From assembly GCA_964057225.1 (NCBI GenBank), contig OZ059894.1:682001-746000 (forward strand): 64,000 nucleotides of DNA, given 5' to 3'. Position 1 is the stretch's first letter. Every line of letters starts with the position of its first letter. A program made the translations under genes and the position numbers. Of the stretch, positions 1-12,000 are shown in pieces. The notes beneath the pieces were generated by a model. It was given only the letters and a program-made list of their open reading frames with translations, searched no databases and was not told the DNA's origin. The stretch is from Auanema rhodensis. Lineage: Eukaryota; Animalia; Nematoda.

Positions 1-176
1 CAAGTGCACATCACGTGTACATTTAATTAGCATAAATTAAAGTTCACGTAAATTTCAAAGTCATGGTTACCATGAACCAATATCAATAAAAATTTGTTTT
101 TAGACTAATATGGACATGGGGAATCTAATTTTGAAAACCGCATCTCTTTATCTTTCACGTGAAGCGAGTTACATAC
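1..176 (+). repeat. Representative monomer (consensus, A allele at position 75)
   Basis: 56 of 176 bases are G+C. Single GTGCAC (4-9), TGTACA (16-21) and GGTTACC (65-71) sites; CACGTG at 12-17 and 156-161; 5 CpGs. Confidence 0.97.
154..163. other. Perfect 10-bp palindrome TTCACGTGAA (E-box/G-box core), present in most monomers; second E-box ATCACGTG at 10-17
   Basis: Read directly from the sequence. CACGTG is the established bHLH-ZIP / plant G-box core. Function here is not demonstrated. Confidence 0.6.
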
Positions 177-3100
177 CAAGTGCACATCACGTGTACATTT
201 AATTAGCATAAATTAAAGTTCACGTAAATTTCAAAGTCATGGTTACCATGCACCAATATCAATAAAAATTTGTTTTTAGACTAATATGGACATGAAGAAT
301 CTAATTTTGAAAACCGCATCTCTTTATCTTTCACGTGAAGCGAGTTACATACCAAGTGCACATCACGTGTACATTTAATTAGCATAAATTAAAGTTCACG
401 TAAATTTCAAAGTCATGGTTACCATGCACCAATATCAATAAAAATTTGTTTTTAGACTAATATGGACATGGGGAATCTAATTTTGAAAACCGCATCTCTT
501 TATCTTTCACGTGAAGCGAGTTTCATACCAAGTGCACATCACGTGTACATTTAATTAGCATAAATTAAAGTTCACGTAAATTTCAAAGTCATGGTTACCA
601 TGCACCAATATCAATAAAAATTTGTTTTTAGACTAATATGGACATGGGGAATCTAATTTTGAAAACCGCATCTCTTTATCTTTCACGTGAAGCGAGTTAT
701 ATACCAAGTGCACATCACGTGTACATTTAATTAGCATAAATTTAAGTTCACGTAAATTTCAAAGTCATGGTTACCATGAACCAATATCAATAAAAATTTG
801 TTTTTAGACTAATATGGAGATGGGGAATCTAATTTTGAAAACCGCATCTCTTTATCTTTCACGTGAAGCGAGTTACATACCAAGTGCACATCACGTGTAC
901 ATTTAATTAGCATAAATTAAAGTTCACGTAAATTTCAAAGTCATGGTTACCATGAACCAATATCAACAAAAATTTGTTTTTAGACTAATATGGACATGGG
1001 GAATCTAATTTTGAAAACCGCATCTCTTTATCTTTCACGTGAAGCGAGTTACATACCAAGTGCACATCACGTGTACATTTAATTAGCATAAATTTAAGTT
1101 CACGTAAATTTCAAAGTCATGGTTACCATGAACCAATATCAATAAAAATTTGTTTTTAGACTAATATGGACATGGGGAATCTAATTTTGAAAACCGCATC
1201 TCTTTATCTTTCACGTGAAGCGAGTTACATACCAAGTGCACATCACGTGTACATTTAATTAGCATAAATTAAAGTTCACGTAAATTTCAAAGTCATGGTT
1301 ACCATGAACCAATATCAATAAAAATTTGTATTTAGACTAATATGGACATGGGGAATCTAATTTTGAAAACCGCATCTCTTTATCTTTCACGTGAAGCGAG
1401 TTACATACCAAGTGCACATCACGTGTACATTTAATTAGCATAAATTAAAGTTCAAGTAAATTTCAAAGTCATGGTTGCCATGCACCAATATCAATAAAAA
1501 TTTGTTTTTAGACTAATATGGACATGGGGAATCTAATTTTGAAAACCGCATCTCTTTATCTTTCACGTGAAGCAAGTTACATACCAAGTGCACATCACGT
1601 GTACATTTAATTAGCATAAATTTAAGTTCACGTAAAATTCACAGTCATGGTTACCATGCACCAATATCAATAAAAATTTGTTTTTAGACTAATATGGACA
1701 TGGGGAATCTAATTTTGAAAACCGCATCTCTTCATCTTTCACGTGAAGCGAGTTTCATACCAAGTGCACATCACGTGTACATTTAATTAGCATAAATTAA
1801 AGTTCACGTAAATTTCAAAGTCATGGTTACCATGCACCAATATCAATAAAAATTTGTTTTTAGACTAATATATACATGGGGAATCTAATTTTGAAAACCG
1901 CATCTCTTTATCTTTCACGTGAAGCGAGTTACATACCAAGTGCACATCACGTGTACATTTAATTAGCATAAATTAAAGTTCACGTAAATTTCAAAGTCAT
2001 GGTTACCATGAACCAATATCAATAAAAATTTGTTTTTAGACTAATATGGACATGGGGAATCTAATTTTGAAAACCGCATCTCTTCATCTTTCACGTGAAG
2101 CGAGTTACATACCAAGTGCACATCACGTGTACATTTAATTAGCATAAATTAAAGTTCACGTGAATTTCAAAGTCATGGTTACCATGCACCAATATCAATA
2201 AAAATTTGTTTTTAGACTAATATGGACATGGGGAATCTAATTTTGAAAACCGCATCTCTTTATCTTTCACGTGAAGCGAGTTACATACCAAGTGCACATC
2301 ACGTGTACATTTAATTAGCATAAATTAAAGTTCACGTAAATTTCAAAGTCATGGTTACCATGAACCAATATCAATAAAAATTTGTTTTTAGACTAATATG
2401 GACATGGGGAATCTAATTTTGAAAACCGCATCTCTTTATCTTTCACGTGAAGCGAGTTACATACCAAGTGCACATCACGTGTACATTTAATTAGCATAAA
2501 TTTAAGTTCACGTAAATTTCAAAGTCATGGTTACCATGAACCAATATCAATAAAAATTTGTTTTTAGACTAATATGGACATGGGCAATCTAATTTTGAAA
2601 ACCGCATCTCTTTATCTTTCACGTGAAGCGAGTTACATACCAAGTGCACATCACGTGTACATTTAATTAGCATAAATTAAAGTTCAAGTAAATTTCAAAG
2701 TCATGGTTGCCATGCACCAATATCAATAAAAATTTGTTTTTAGACTAATATGGACATGGGGAATCTAATTTTGTAAACCGCATCTCTTTATCTTTCACGT
2801 GAAGCAAGTTACATACCAAGTGCACATCACGTGTACATTTAATTAGCATAAATTTAAGTTCACGTAAAATTCAAAGTCATGGTTACCATGAACCAATATC
2901 AATAAAAATTTGTTTTTAGACTAATATGGACATGGAGAATCTAATTTTGAAAACCGCATCTCTTTATCTTTCACGTGAAGCGAGATACATACCAAGTGCA
3001 CATCACGTGTACATTTAATTAGCATAAATTAAAGTTCACGTAAATTTCAAAGTCATGGTTACCATGCACCAATATCAATAAAAATTTGTTTTTAGACTAA

Positions 3101-5280
3101 TATGGACATGGGGAATCTAATTTTAAAAACCGCATCTCTTTATCTTTCACGTGAAGCGAGTTACATACCAAGTGCACATCACGTGTACATTTAATTAGCA
3201 TAAATTAAAATTCACGTAAATTTCAAAGTCATGGTTACCATGAACCAATATCAATAAAAATTTGTTTTTAGACTAATATGGACATGGGGAATCTAATTTT
3301 GAAAACCGCATCTCATTATCTTTCACGTGAAGCGAGTTACATACCAAGTGCACATCACGTGTACATTTAATTAGCATAAATTAAAGTTCACGTAAATTTC
3401 AAAGTCATGGTTACCATGCACCAATATCAATAAAAATTGGTTTGTAGACTAATATGGACATGGAGAATCTAATTTTGAAAACCGCATCTCTTTATCTTTC
3501 ACGTGAAGCGAGTTACATACCAAGTGCACATCACGTGTACATTTAATTAGCATAAATTAAAGTTCACGTAAATTTCAAAGTCATGGATACCATGCACCAA
3601 TATCAATCAAAATTTGTATTTAGACTAATATGGACATGGGGAATCTAATTTTGAAAACCGCATCTCTTTATCTTTCACGTGAAGCGAGTTACATACCAAG
3701 TGCACATCACGTGTACATTTAATTAGCATAAATTAAAGTTCAAGTAAATTTCAAAGTCATGGTTGCCATGCACCAATATCAATAAAAATTTGTTTTTAGA
3801 CTAATATATACATGGGGAATCTAATTTTGAAAACCGCATCTCTTTATCTTTCACGTGAAGCGAGTTACATACCAAGTGCACATCACGTGTACATTTAATT
3901 AGCATAAATTAAAGTTCACGTAAATTTCAAAGTCATGGTTACCATGAACCAATATCAATAAAAATTTGTATTTAGACTAATATGGACATGGGGAATCTAA
4001 TTTTGAAAACCGCATCTCTTTATCTTTCACGTGAAGCGAGTTACATACCAAGTGCACATCACGTGTACATTTAATTAGCATAAATTAAAGTTCAAGTAAA
4101 TTTCAAAGTCATGGTTGCCATGCACCAATATCAATAAAAATTTGTTTTTAGACTAATATGGACATGGGGAATCTAATTTTGAAAACCGCATCTCTTTATC
4201 TTTCACGTGAAGCAAGTTACATACCAAGTGCACATCACGTGTACATTTAATTAGCATAAATTTAAGTTCACGTAAAATTCACAGTCATGGTTACCATGCA
4301 CCAATATCAATAAAAATTTGTTTTTAGACTAATATGGACATGGGGAATCTAATTTTGAAAACCGCATCTCTTCATCTTTCACGTGAAGCGAGTTTCATAC
4401 CAAGTGCACATCACGTGTACATTTAATTAGCATAAATTAAAGTTCACGTAAATTTCAAAGTCATGGTTACCATGCACCAATATCAATAAAAATTTGTTTT
4501 TAGACTAATATATACATGGGGAATCTAATTTTGAAAACCGCATCTCTTTATCTTTCACGTGAAGCGAGTTTCATACCAAGTGCACATCACGTGTACATTT
4601 AATTAGCATAAATTTAAGTTCACGTAAAATTCACAGTCATGGTTACCATGCACCAATATCAATAAAAATTTGTTTTTAGACTAATATGGACATGGGGAAT
4701 CTAATTTTGAAAACCGGATCTCTTCATCTTTCACGTGAAGCGAGTTTCATACCAAGTGCACATCACGTGTACATTTAATTAGCATAAATTAAAGTTCACG
4801 TAAATTTCAAAGTCATGGTTACCATACACCAATATCAATAAAAATTTGTTTTTAGACTAATATGGACATGGGGAATCTAATTTTGAAAACCGCATCTCTT
4901 CATCTTTCACGTGAAGCGAGTTACATACCAAGTGCACATCACGTGTACATTTAATTAGCATAAATTAAAGTTCACGTGAATTTCAAAGTCATGGTTACCA
5001 TGCACCAATATCAATAAAAATTTGTTTTTAGACTAATATGGACATGGGGAATCTAATTTTGAAAACCGCATCTCTTTATCTTTCACGTGAAGCGAGTTAC
5101 ATACCAAGTGCACATCACGTGTACATTTAATTAGCATAAATTAAAGTTCACGTAAATTTCAAAGTCATGGTTACCATGAACCAATATCAATAAAAATTTG
5201 TTTTTAGACTAATATGGACATGGGGAATCTAATTTTGAAAACCGCATCTCTTCATCTTTCACGTGAAGCGAGTTACATAC

Positions 5281-7041
5281 CAAGTGCACATCACGTGTAC
5301 ATTTAATTAGCATAAATTTAAGTTCACGTAAATTTCAAAGTCATGGTTACCATGAACCAATATCAATAAAAATTTGTTTTTAGACTAATATGGACATGGG
5401 CAATCTAATTTTGAAAACCGCATCTCTTTATCTTTCACGTGAAGCGAGTTACATAACAAGTGCACATCACGTGTACATTTAATTAGCATAAATTAAAGTT
5501 CAAGTAAATTTCAAAGTCATGGTTGCCATGCACCAATATCAATAAAAATTTGTTTTTAGACTAATATGGACATGGGGAATCTAATTTTGTAAACCGCATC
5601 TCTTTATCTTTCACGTGAAGCAAGTTACATACCAAGTGCACATCACGTGTACATTTAATTAGCATAAATTTAAGTTCACGTAAAATTCAAAGTCATGGTT
5701 ACCATGAACCAATATCAATAAAAATTTGTTTTTAGACTAATATGGACATGGAGAATCTAATTTTGAAAACCGCATCTCTTTATCTTTCACGTGAAGCGAG
5801 ATACATACCAAGTGCACATCACGTGTACATTTAATTAGCATAAATTAAAGTTCACGTAAATTTCAAAGTCATGGTTACCATGCACCAATATCAATAAAAA
5901 TTTGTTTTTAGACTAATATGGACATGGGGAATCTAATTTTAAAAACCGCATCTCTTTATCTTTCACGTGAAGCGAGTTACATACCAAGTGCACATCACGT
6001 GTACATTTAATTAGCATAAATTAAAATTCACGTAAATTTCAAAGTCATGGTTACCATGAACCAATATCAATAAAAATTTGTTTTTAGACTAATATGGACA
6101 TGGGGAATCTAATTTTGAAAACCGCATCTCTTTATCTTTCACGTGAAGCGAGTTACATACCAAGTGCACATCACGTGTACATTTAATTAGCATAAATTTA
6201 AGTTCACGTAAATTTCAAAGTCATGGTTACCATGAACCAATATCAATAAAAATTTGTTTTTAGACTAATATGGACATGGGCAATCTAATTTTTGAAAACC
6301 GCATCTCTTTATCTTTCACGTGAAGCGAGTTACATACCAAGTGCACATCACGTGTACATTTAATTAGCATAAATTAAAGTTCAAGTAAATTTCAAAGTCA
6401 TGGTTGCCATGCACCAATATCAATAAAAATTTGTTTTTAGACTAATATGGACATGGGGAATCTAATTTTGTAAACCGCATCTCTTTATCTTTCACGTGAA
6501 GCAAGTTACATACCAAGTGCACATCACGTGTACATTTAATTAGCATAAATTTAAGTTCACGTAAAATTCAAAGTCATGGTTACCATGAACCAATATCAAT
6601 AAAAATTTGTTTTTAGACTAATATGGACATGGAGAATCTAATTTTGAAAACCGCATCTCTTTATCTTTCACGTGAAGCGAGATACATACCAAGTGCACAT
6701 CACGTGTACATTTAATTAGCATAAATTAAAGTTCACGTAAATTTCAAAGTCATGGTTACCATGCACCAATATCAATAAAAATTTGTTTTTAGACTAATAT
6801 GGACATGGGGAATCTAATTTTAAAAACCGCATCTCTTTATCTTTCACGTGAAGCGAGTTACATACCAAGTGCACATCACGTGTACATTTAATTAGCATAA
6901 ATTAAAATTCACGTAAATTTCAAAGTCATGGTTACCATGAACCAATATCAATAAAAATTTGTTTTTAGACTAATATGGACATGGGGAATCTAATTTTGAA
7001 AACCGCATCTCTTTATCTTTCACGTGAAGCGAGTTACATAC
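5281..7041. repeat. Tandem 5-mer HOR x2 (880/881 bp); the same pair recurs at 13554-15314
   Basis: The ordered series GGGCAATC / TTGTAAACC / GGAGAATC+GAGATA / TTTTAAAAA / TTAAAATTC occurs twice. The second copy starts with a 177-bp (+T) monomer at both loci (6161 and 14434). Confidence 0.85.
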
Positions 7042-9099
7042 CAAGTGCACATCACGTGTACATTTAATTAGCATAAATTAAAGTTCAAGTAAATTTCAAA
7101 GTCATGGTTGCCATGCACCAATATCAATAAAAATTTGTTTTTAGACTAATATGGACATGGGGAATCTAATTTTGAAAACCGCATCTCTTTATCTTTCACG
7201 TGAAGCAAGTTACATACCAAGTGCACATCACGTGTACATTTAATTAGCATAAATTTAAGTTCACGTAAAATTCACAGTCATGGTTACCATGCACCAATAT
7301 CAATAAAAATTTGTTTTTAGACTAATATGGACATGGGGAATCTAATTTTGAAAACCGCATCTCTTCATCTTTCACGTGAAGCGAGTTTCATACCAAGTGC
7401 ACATCACGTGTACATTTAATTAGCATAAATTAAAGTTCACGTAAATTTCAAAGTCATGGTTACCATGCACCAATATCAATAAAAATTTGTTTTTAGACTA
7501 ATATATACATGGGGAATCTAATTTTGAAAACCGCATCTCTTTATCTTTCACGTGAAGCGAGTTACATACCAAGTGCACATCACGTGTACATTTAATTAGC
7601 ATAAATTAAAGTTCACGTAAATTTCAAAGTCATGGTTACCATGAACCAATATCAATAAAAATTTGTTTTTAGACTAATATGGACATGGGGAATCTAATTT
7701 TGAAAACCGCATCTCTTCATCTTTCACGTGAAGCGAGTTACATACCAAGTGCACATCACGTGTACATTTAATTAGCATAAATTAAAGTTCACGTGAATTT
7801 CAAAGTCATGGTTACCATGCACCAATATCAATAAAAATTTGTTTTTAGACTAATATGGACATGGGGAATCTAATTTTGAAAACCGCATCTCTTTATCTTT
7901 CACGTGAAGCGAGTTACATACCAAGTGCACATCACGTGTACATTTAATTAGCATAAATTAAAGTTCACGTAAATTTCAAAGTCATGGATACCATGCACCA
8001 ATATCAATCAAAATTTGTATTTAGACTAATATGGACATGGGGAATCTAATTTTGAAAACCGCATCTCTTTATCTTTCACGTGAAGCGAGTTACATACCAA
8101 GTGCACATCACGTGTACATTTAATTAGCATAAATTAAAGTTCAAGTAAATTTCAAAGTCATGGTTGCCATGCACCAATATCAATAAAAATTTGTTTTTAG
8201 ACTAATATATACATGGGGAATCTAATTTTGAAAACCGCATCTCTTTATCTTTCACGTGAAGCGAGTTACATACCAAGTGCACATCACGTGTACATTTAAT
8301 TAGCATAAATTAAAGTTCACGTAAATTTCAAAGTCATGGTTACCATGAACCAATATCAATAAAAATTTGTATTTAGACTAATATGGACATGGGGAATCTA
8401 ATTTTGAAAACCGCATCTCTTTATCTTTCACGTGAAGCGAGTTACATACCAAGTGCACATCACGTGTACATTTAATTAGCATAAATTAAAGTTCAAGTAA
8501 ATTTCAAAGTCATGGTTGCCATGCACCAATATCAATAAAAATTTGTTTTTAGACTAATATGGACATGGGGAATCTAATTTTGAAAACCGCATCTCTTTAT
8601 CTTTCACGTGAAGCAAGTTACATACCAAGTGCACATCACGTGTACATTTAATTAGCATAAATTTAAGTTCACGTAAAATTCACAGTCATGGTTACCATGC
8701 ACCAATATCAATAAAAATTTGTTTTTAGACTAATATGGACATGGGGAATCTAATTTTGAAAACCGCATCTCTTCATCTTTCACGTGAAGCGAGTTTCATA
8801 CCAAGTGCACATCACGTGTACATTTAATTAGCATAAATTAAAGTTCACGTAAATTTCAAAGTCATGGTTACCATGCACCAATATCAATAAAAATTTGTTT
8901 TTAGACTAATATATACATGGGGAATCTAATTTTGAAAACCGCATCTCTTTATCTTTCACGTGAAGCGAGTTTCATACCAAGTGCACATCACGTGTACATT
9001 TAATTAGCATAAATTTAAGTTCACGTAAAATTCACAGTCATGGTTACCATGCACCAATATCAATAAAAATTTGTTTTTAGACTAATATGGACATGGGGA

Positions 9100-12000
9100 A
9101 TCTAATTTTGAAAACCGGATCTCTTCATCTTTCACGTGAAGCGAGTTTCATACCAAGTGCACATCACGTGTACATTTAATTAGCATAAATTAAAGTTCAC
9201 GTAAATTTCAAAGTCATGGTTACCATGCACCAATATCAATAAAAATTTGTTTTTAGACTAATATGGACATGGGGAATCTAATTTTGAAAACCGCATCTCT
9301 TCATCTTTCACGTGAAGCGAGTTACATACCAAGTGCACATCACGTGTACATTTAATTAGCATAAATTAAAGTTCACGTGAATTTCAAAGTCATGGTTACC
9401 ATGCACCAATATCAATAAAAATTTGTTTTTAGACTAATATGGACATGGGGAATCTAATTTTGAAAACCGCATCTCTTTATCTTTCACGTGAAGCGAGTTA
9501 CATACCAAGTGCACATCACGTGTACATTTAATTAGCATAAATTAAAGTTCACGTAAATTTCAAAGTCATGGTTACCATGAACCAATATCAATAAAAATTT
9601 GTTTTTAGACTAATATGGACATGGGGAATCTAATTTTGAAAACCGCATCTCTTCATCTTTCACGTGAAGCGAGTTACATACCAAGTGCACATCACGTGTA
9701 CATTTAATTAGCATAAATTTAAGTTCACGTAAATTTCAAAGTCATGGTTACCATGAACCAATATCAATAAAAATTTGTTTTTAGACTAATATGGACATGG
9801 GCAATCTAATTTTGAAAACCGCATCTCTTTATCTTTCACGTGAAGCGAGTTACATACCAAGTGCACATCACGTGTACATTTAATTAGCATAAATTAAAGT
9901 TCAAGTAAATTTCAAAGTCATGGTTGCCATGCACCAATATCAATAAAAATTTGTTTTTAGACTAATATGGACATGGGGAATCTAATTTTGTAAACCGCAT
10001 CTCTTTATCTTTCACGTGAAGCGAGATACATACCAAGTGCACATCACGTGTACATTTAATTAGCATAAATTAAAGTTCACGTAAATTTCAAAGTCATGGT
10101 TACCATGCACCAATATCAATAAAAATTTGTTTTTAGACTAATATATACATGGGGAATCTAATTTTGAAAACCGCATCTCTTTATCTTTCACGTGAAGCGA
10201 GTTTCATACCAAGTGCACATCACGTGTACATTTAATTAGCATAAATTTAAGTTCACGTAAAATTCACAGTCATGGTTACCATGCACCAATATCAATAAAA
10301 ATTTGTTTTTAGACTAATATGGACATGGGGAATCTAATTTTGAAAACCAGATCTCTTCATCTTTCACGTGAAGCGAGTTTCATACCAAGTGCACATCACG
10401 TGTACATTTAATTAGCATAAATTAAAGTTCACGTAAATTTCAAAGTCATGGTTACCATGCACCAATATCAATAAAAATTTGTTTTTAGACTAATATATAC
10501 ATGGGGAATCTAATTTTGAAAACCGCATCTCTTTATCTTTCACGTGAAGCGAGTTTCATACCAAGTGCACATCACGTGTACATTTAATTAGCATAAATTT
10601 AAGTTCACGTAAAATTCACAGTCATGGTTACCATGCACCAATATCAATAAAAATTTGTTTTTAGACTAATATGGACATGGGGAATCTAATTTTGAAAACC
10701 GGATCTCTTCATCTTTCACGTGAAGCGAGTTTCATACCAAGTGCACATCACGTGTACATTTAATTAGCATAAATTAAAGTTCACGTAAATTTCAAAGTCA
10801 TGGTTACCATGCACCAATATCAATAAAAATTTGTTTTTAGACTAATATGGACATGGGGAATCTAATTTTGAAAACCGCATCTCTTCATCTTTCACGTGAA
10901 GCGAGTTACATACCAAGTGCACATCACGTGTACATTTAATTAGCATAAATTAAAGTTCACGTGAATTTCAAAGTCATGGTTACCATGCACCAATATCAAT
11001 AAAAATTTGTTTTTAGACTAATATGGACATGGGGAATCTAATTTTGAAAACCGCATCTCTTTATCTTTCACGTGAAGCGAGTTACATACCAAGTGCACAT
11101 CACGTGTACATTTAATTAGCATAAATTAAAGTTCACGTAAATTTCAAAGTCATGGTTACCATGAACCAATATCAATAAAAATTTGTTTTTAGACTAATAT
11201 GGACATGGGGAATCTAATTTTGAAAACCGCATCTCTTCATCTTTCACGTGAAGCGAGTTACATACCAAGTGCACATCACGTGTACATTTAATTAGCATAA
11301 ATTTAAGTTCACGTAAATTTCAAAGTCATGGTTACCATGAACCAATATCAATAAAAATTTGTTTTTAGACTAATATGGACATGGGGAATCTAATTTTGAA
11401 AACCGGATCTCTTCATCTTTCACGTGAAGCGAGTTTCATACCAAGTGCACATCACGTGTACATTTAATTAGCATAAATTAAAGTTCACGTAAATTTCAAA
11501 GTCATGGTTACCATGCACCAATATCAATAAAAATTTGTTTTTAGACTAATATGGACATGGGGAATCTAATTTTGAAAACCGCATCTCTTCATCTTTCACG
11601 TGAAGCGAGTTACATACCAAGTGCACATCACGTGTACATTTAATTAGCATAAATTAAAGTTCACGTGAATTTCAAAGTCATGGTTACCATGCACCAATAT
11701 CAATAAAAATTTGTTTTTAGACTAATATGGACATGGGGAATCTAATTTTGAAAACCGCATCTCTTTATCTTTCACGTGAAGCGAGTTACATACCAAGTGC
11801 ACATCACGTGTACATTTAATTAGCATAAATTAAAGTTCACGTAAATTTCAAAGTCATGGTTACCATGAACCAATATCAATAAAAATTTGTTTTTAGACTA
11901 ATATGGACATGGGGAATCTAATTTTGAAAACCGCATCTCTTCATCTTTCACGTGAAGCGAGTTACATACCAAGTGCACATCACGTGTACATTTAATTAGC

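Noticed and set aside
85-90. AATAAA polyadenylation signal in each monomer
   Set aside because: Expected by chance in AT-rich DNA, and there is no transcription-unit context.
1-176. Identity with known satellites of similar length (Brassica CentBr 176 bp, Arabidopsis CEN178, honeybee AluI 176 bp, primate alpha 171 bp)
   Set aside because: Only the length is similar and I do not recognise the sequence. The consensus lacks AAGCTT and AGCT (AGCT occurs only in minority variants). BLASTn/Dfam/Repbase searches are needed.
1-176. Tandem 5S rRNA, tRNA, snRNA or spliced-leader gene array
   Set aside because: No recognisable 5S sequence, tRNA cloverleaf, Pol III A/B boxes or SL exon. An Infernal/Rfam scan would be decisive.
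10-176. Budding-yeast-type point centromere (CDEI-CDEII-CDEIII)
   Set aside because: A CDEI-like ATCACGTG is present, but the following DNA is not the >90% AT CDEII and there is no convincing CDEIII (TGTTT..TTTCCGAAA). Point centromeres are also not tandemly arrayed.
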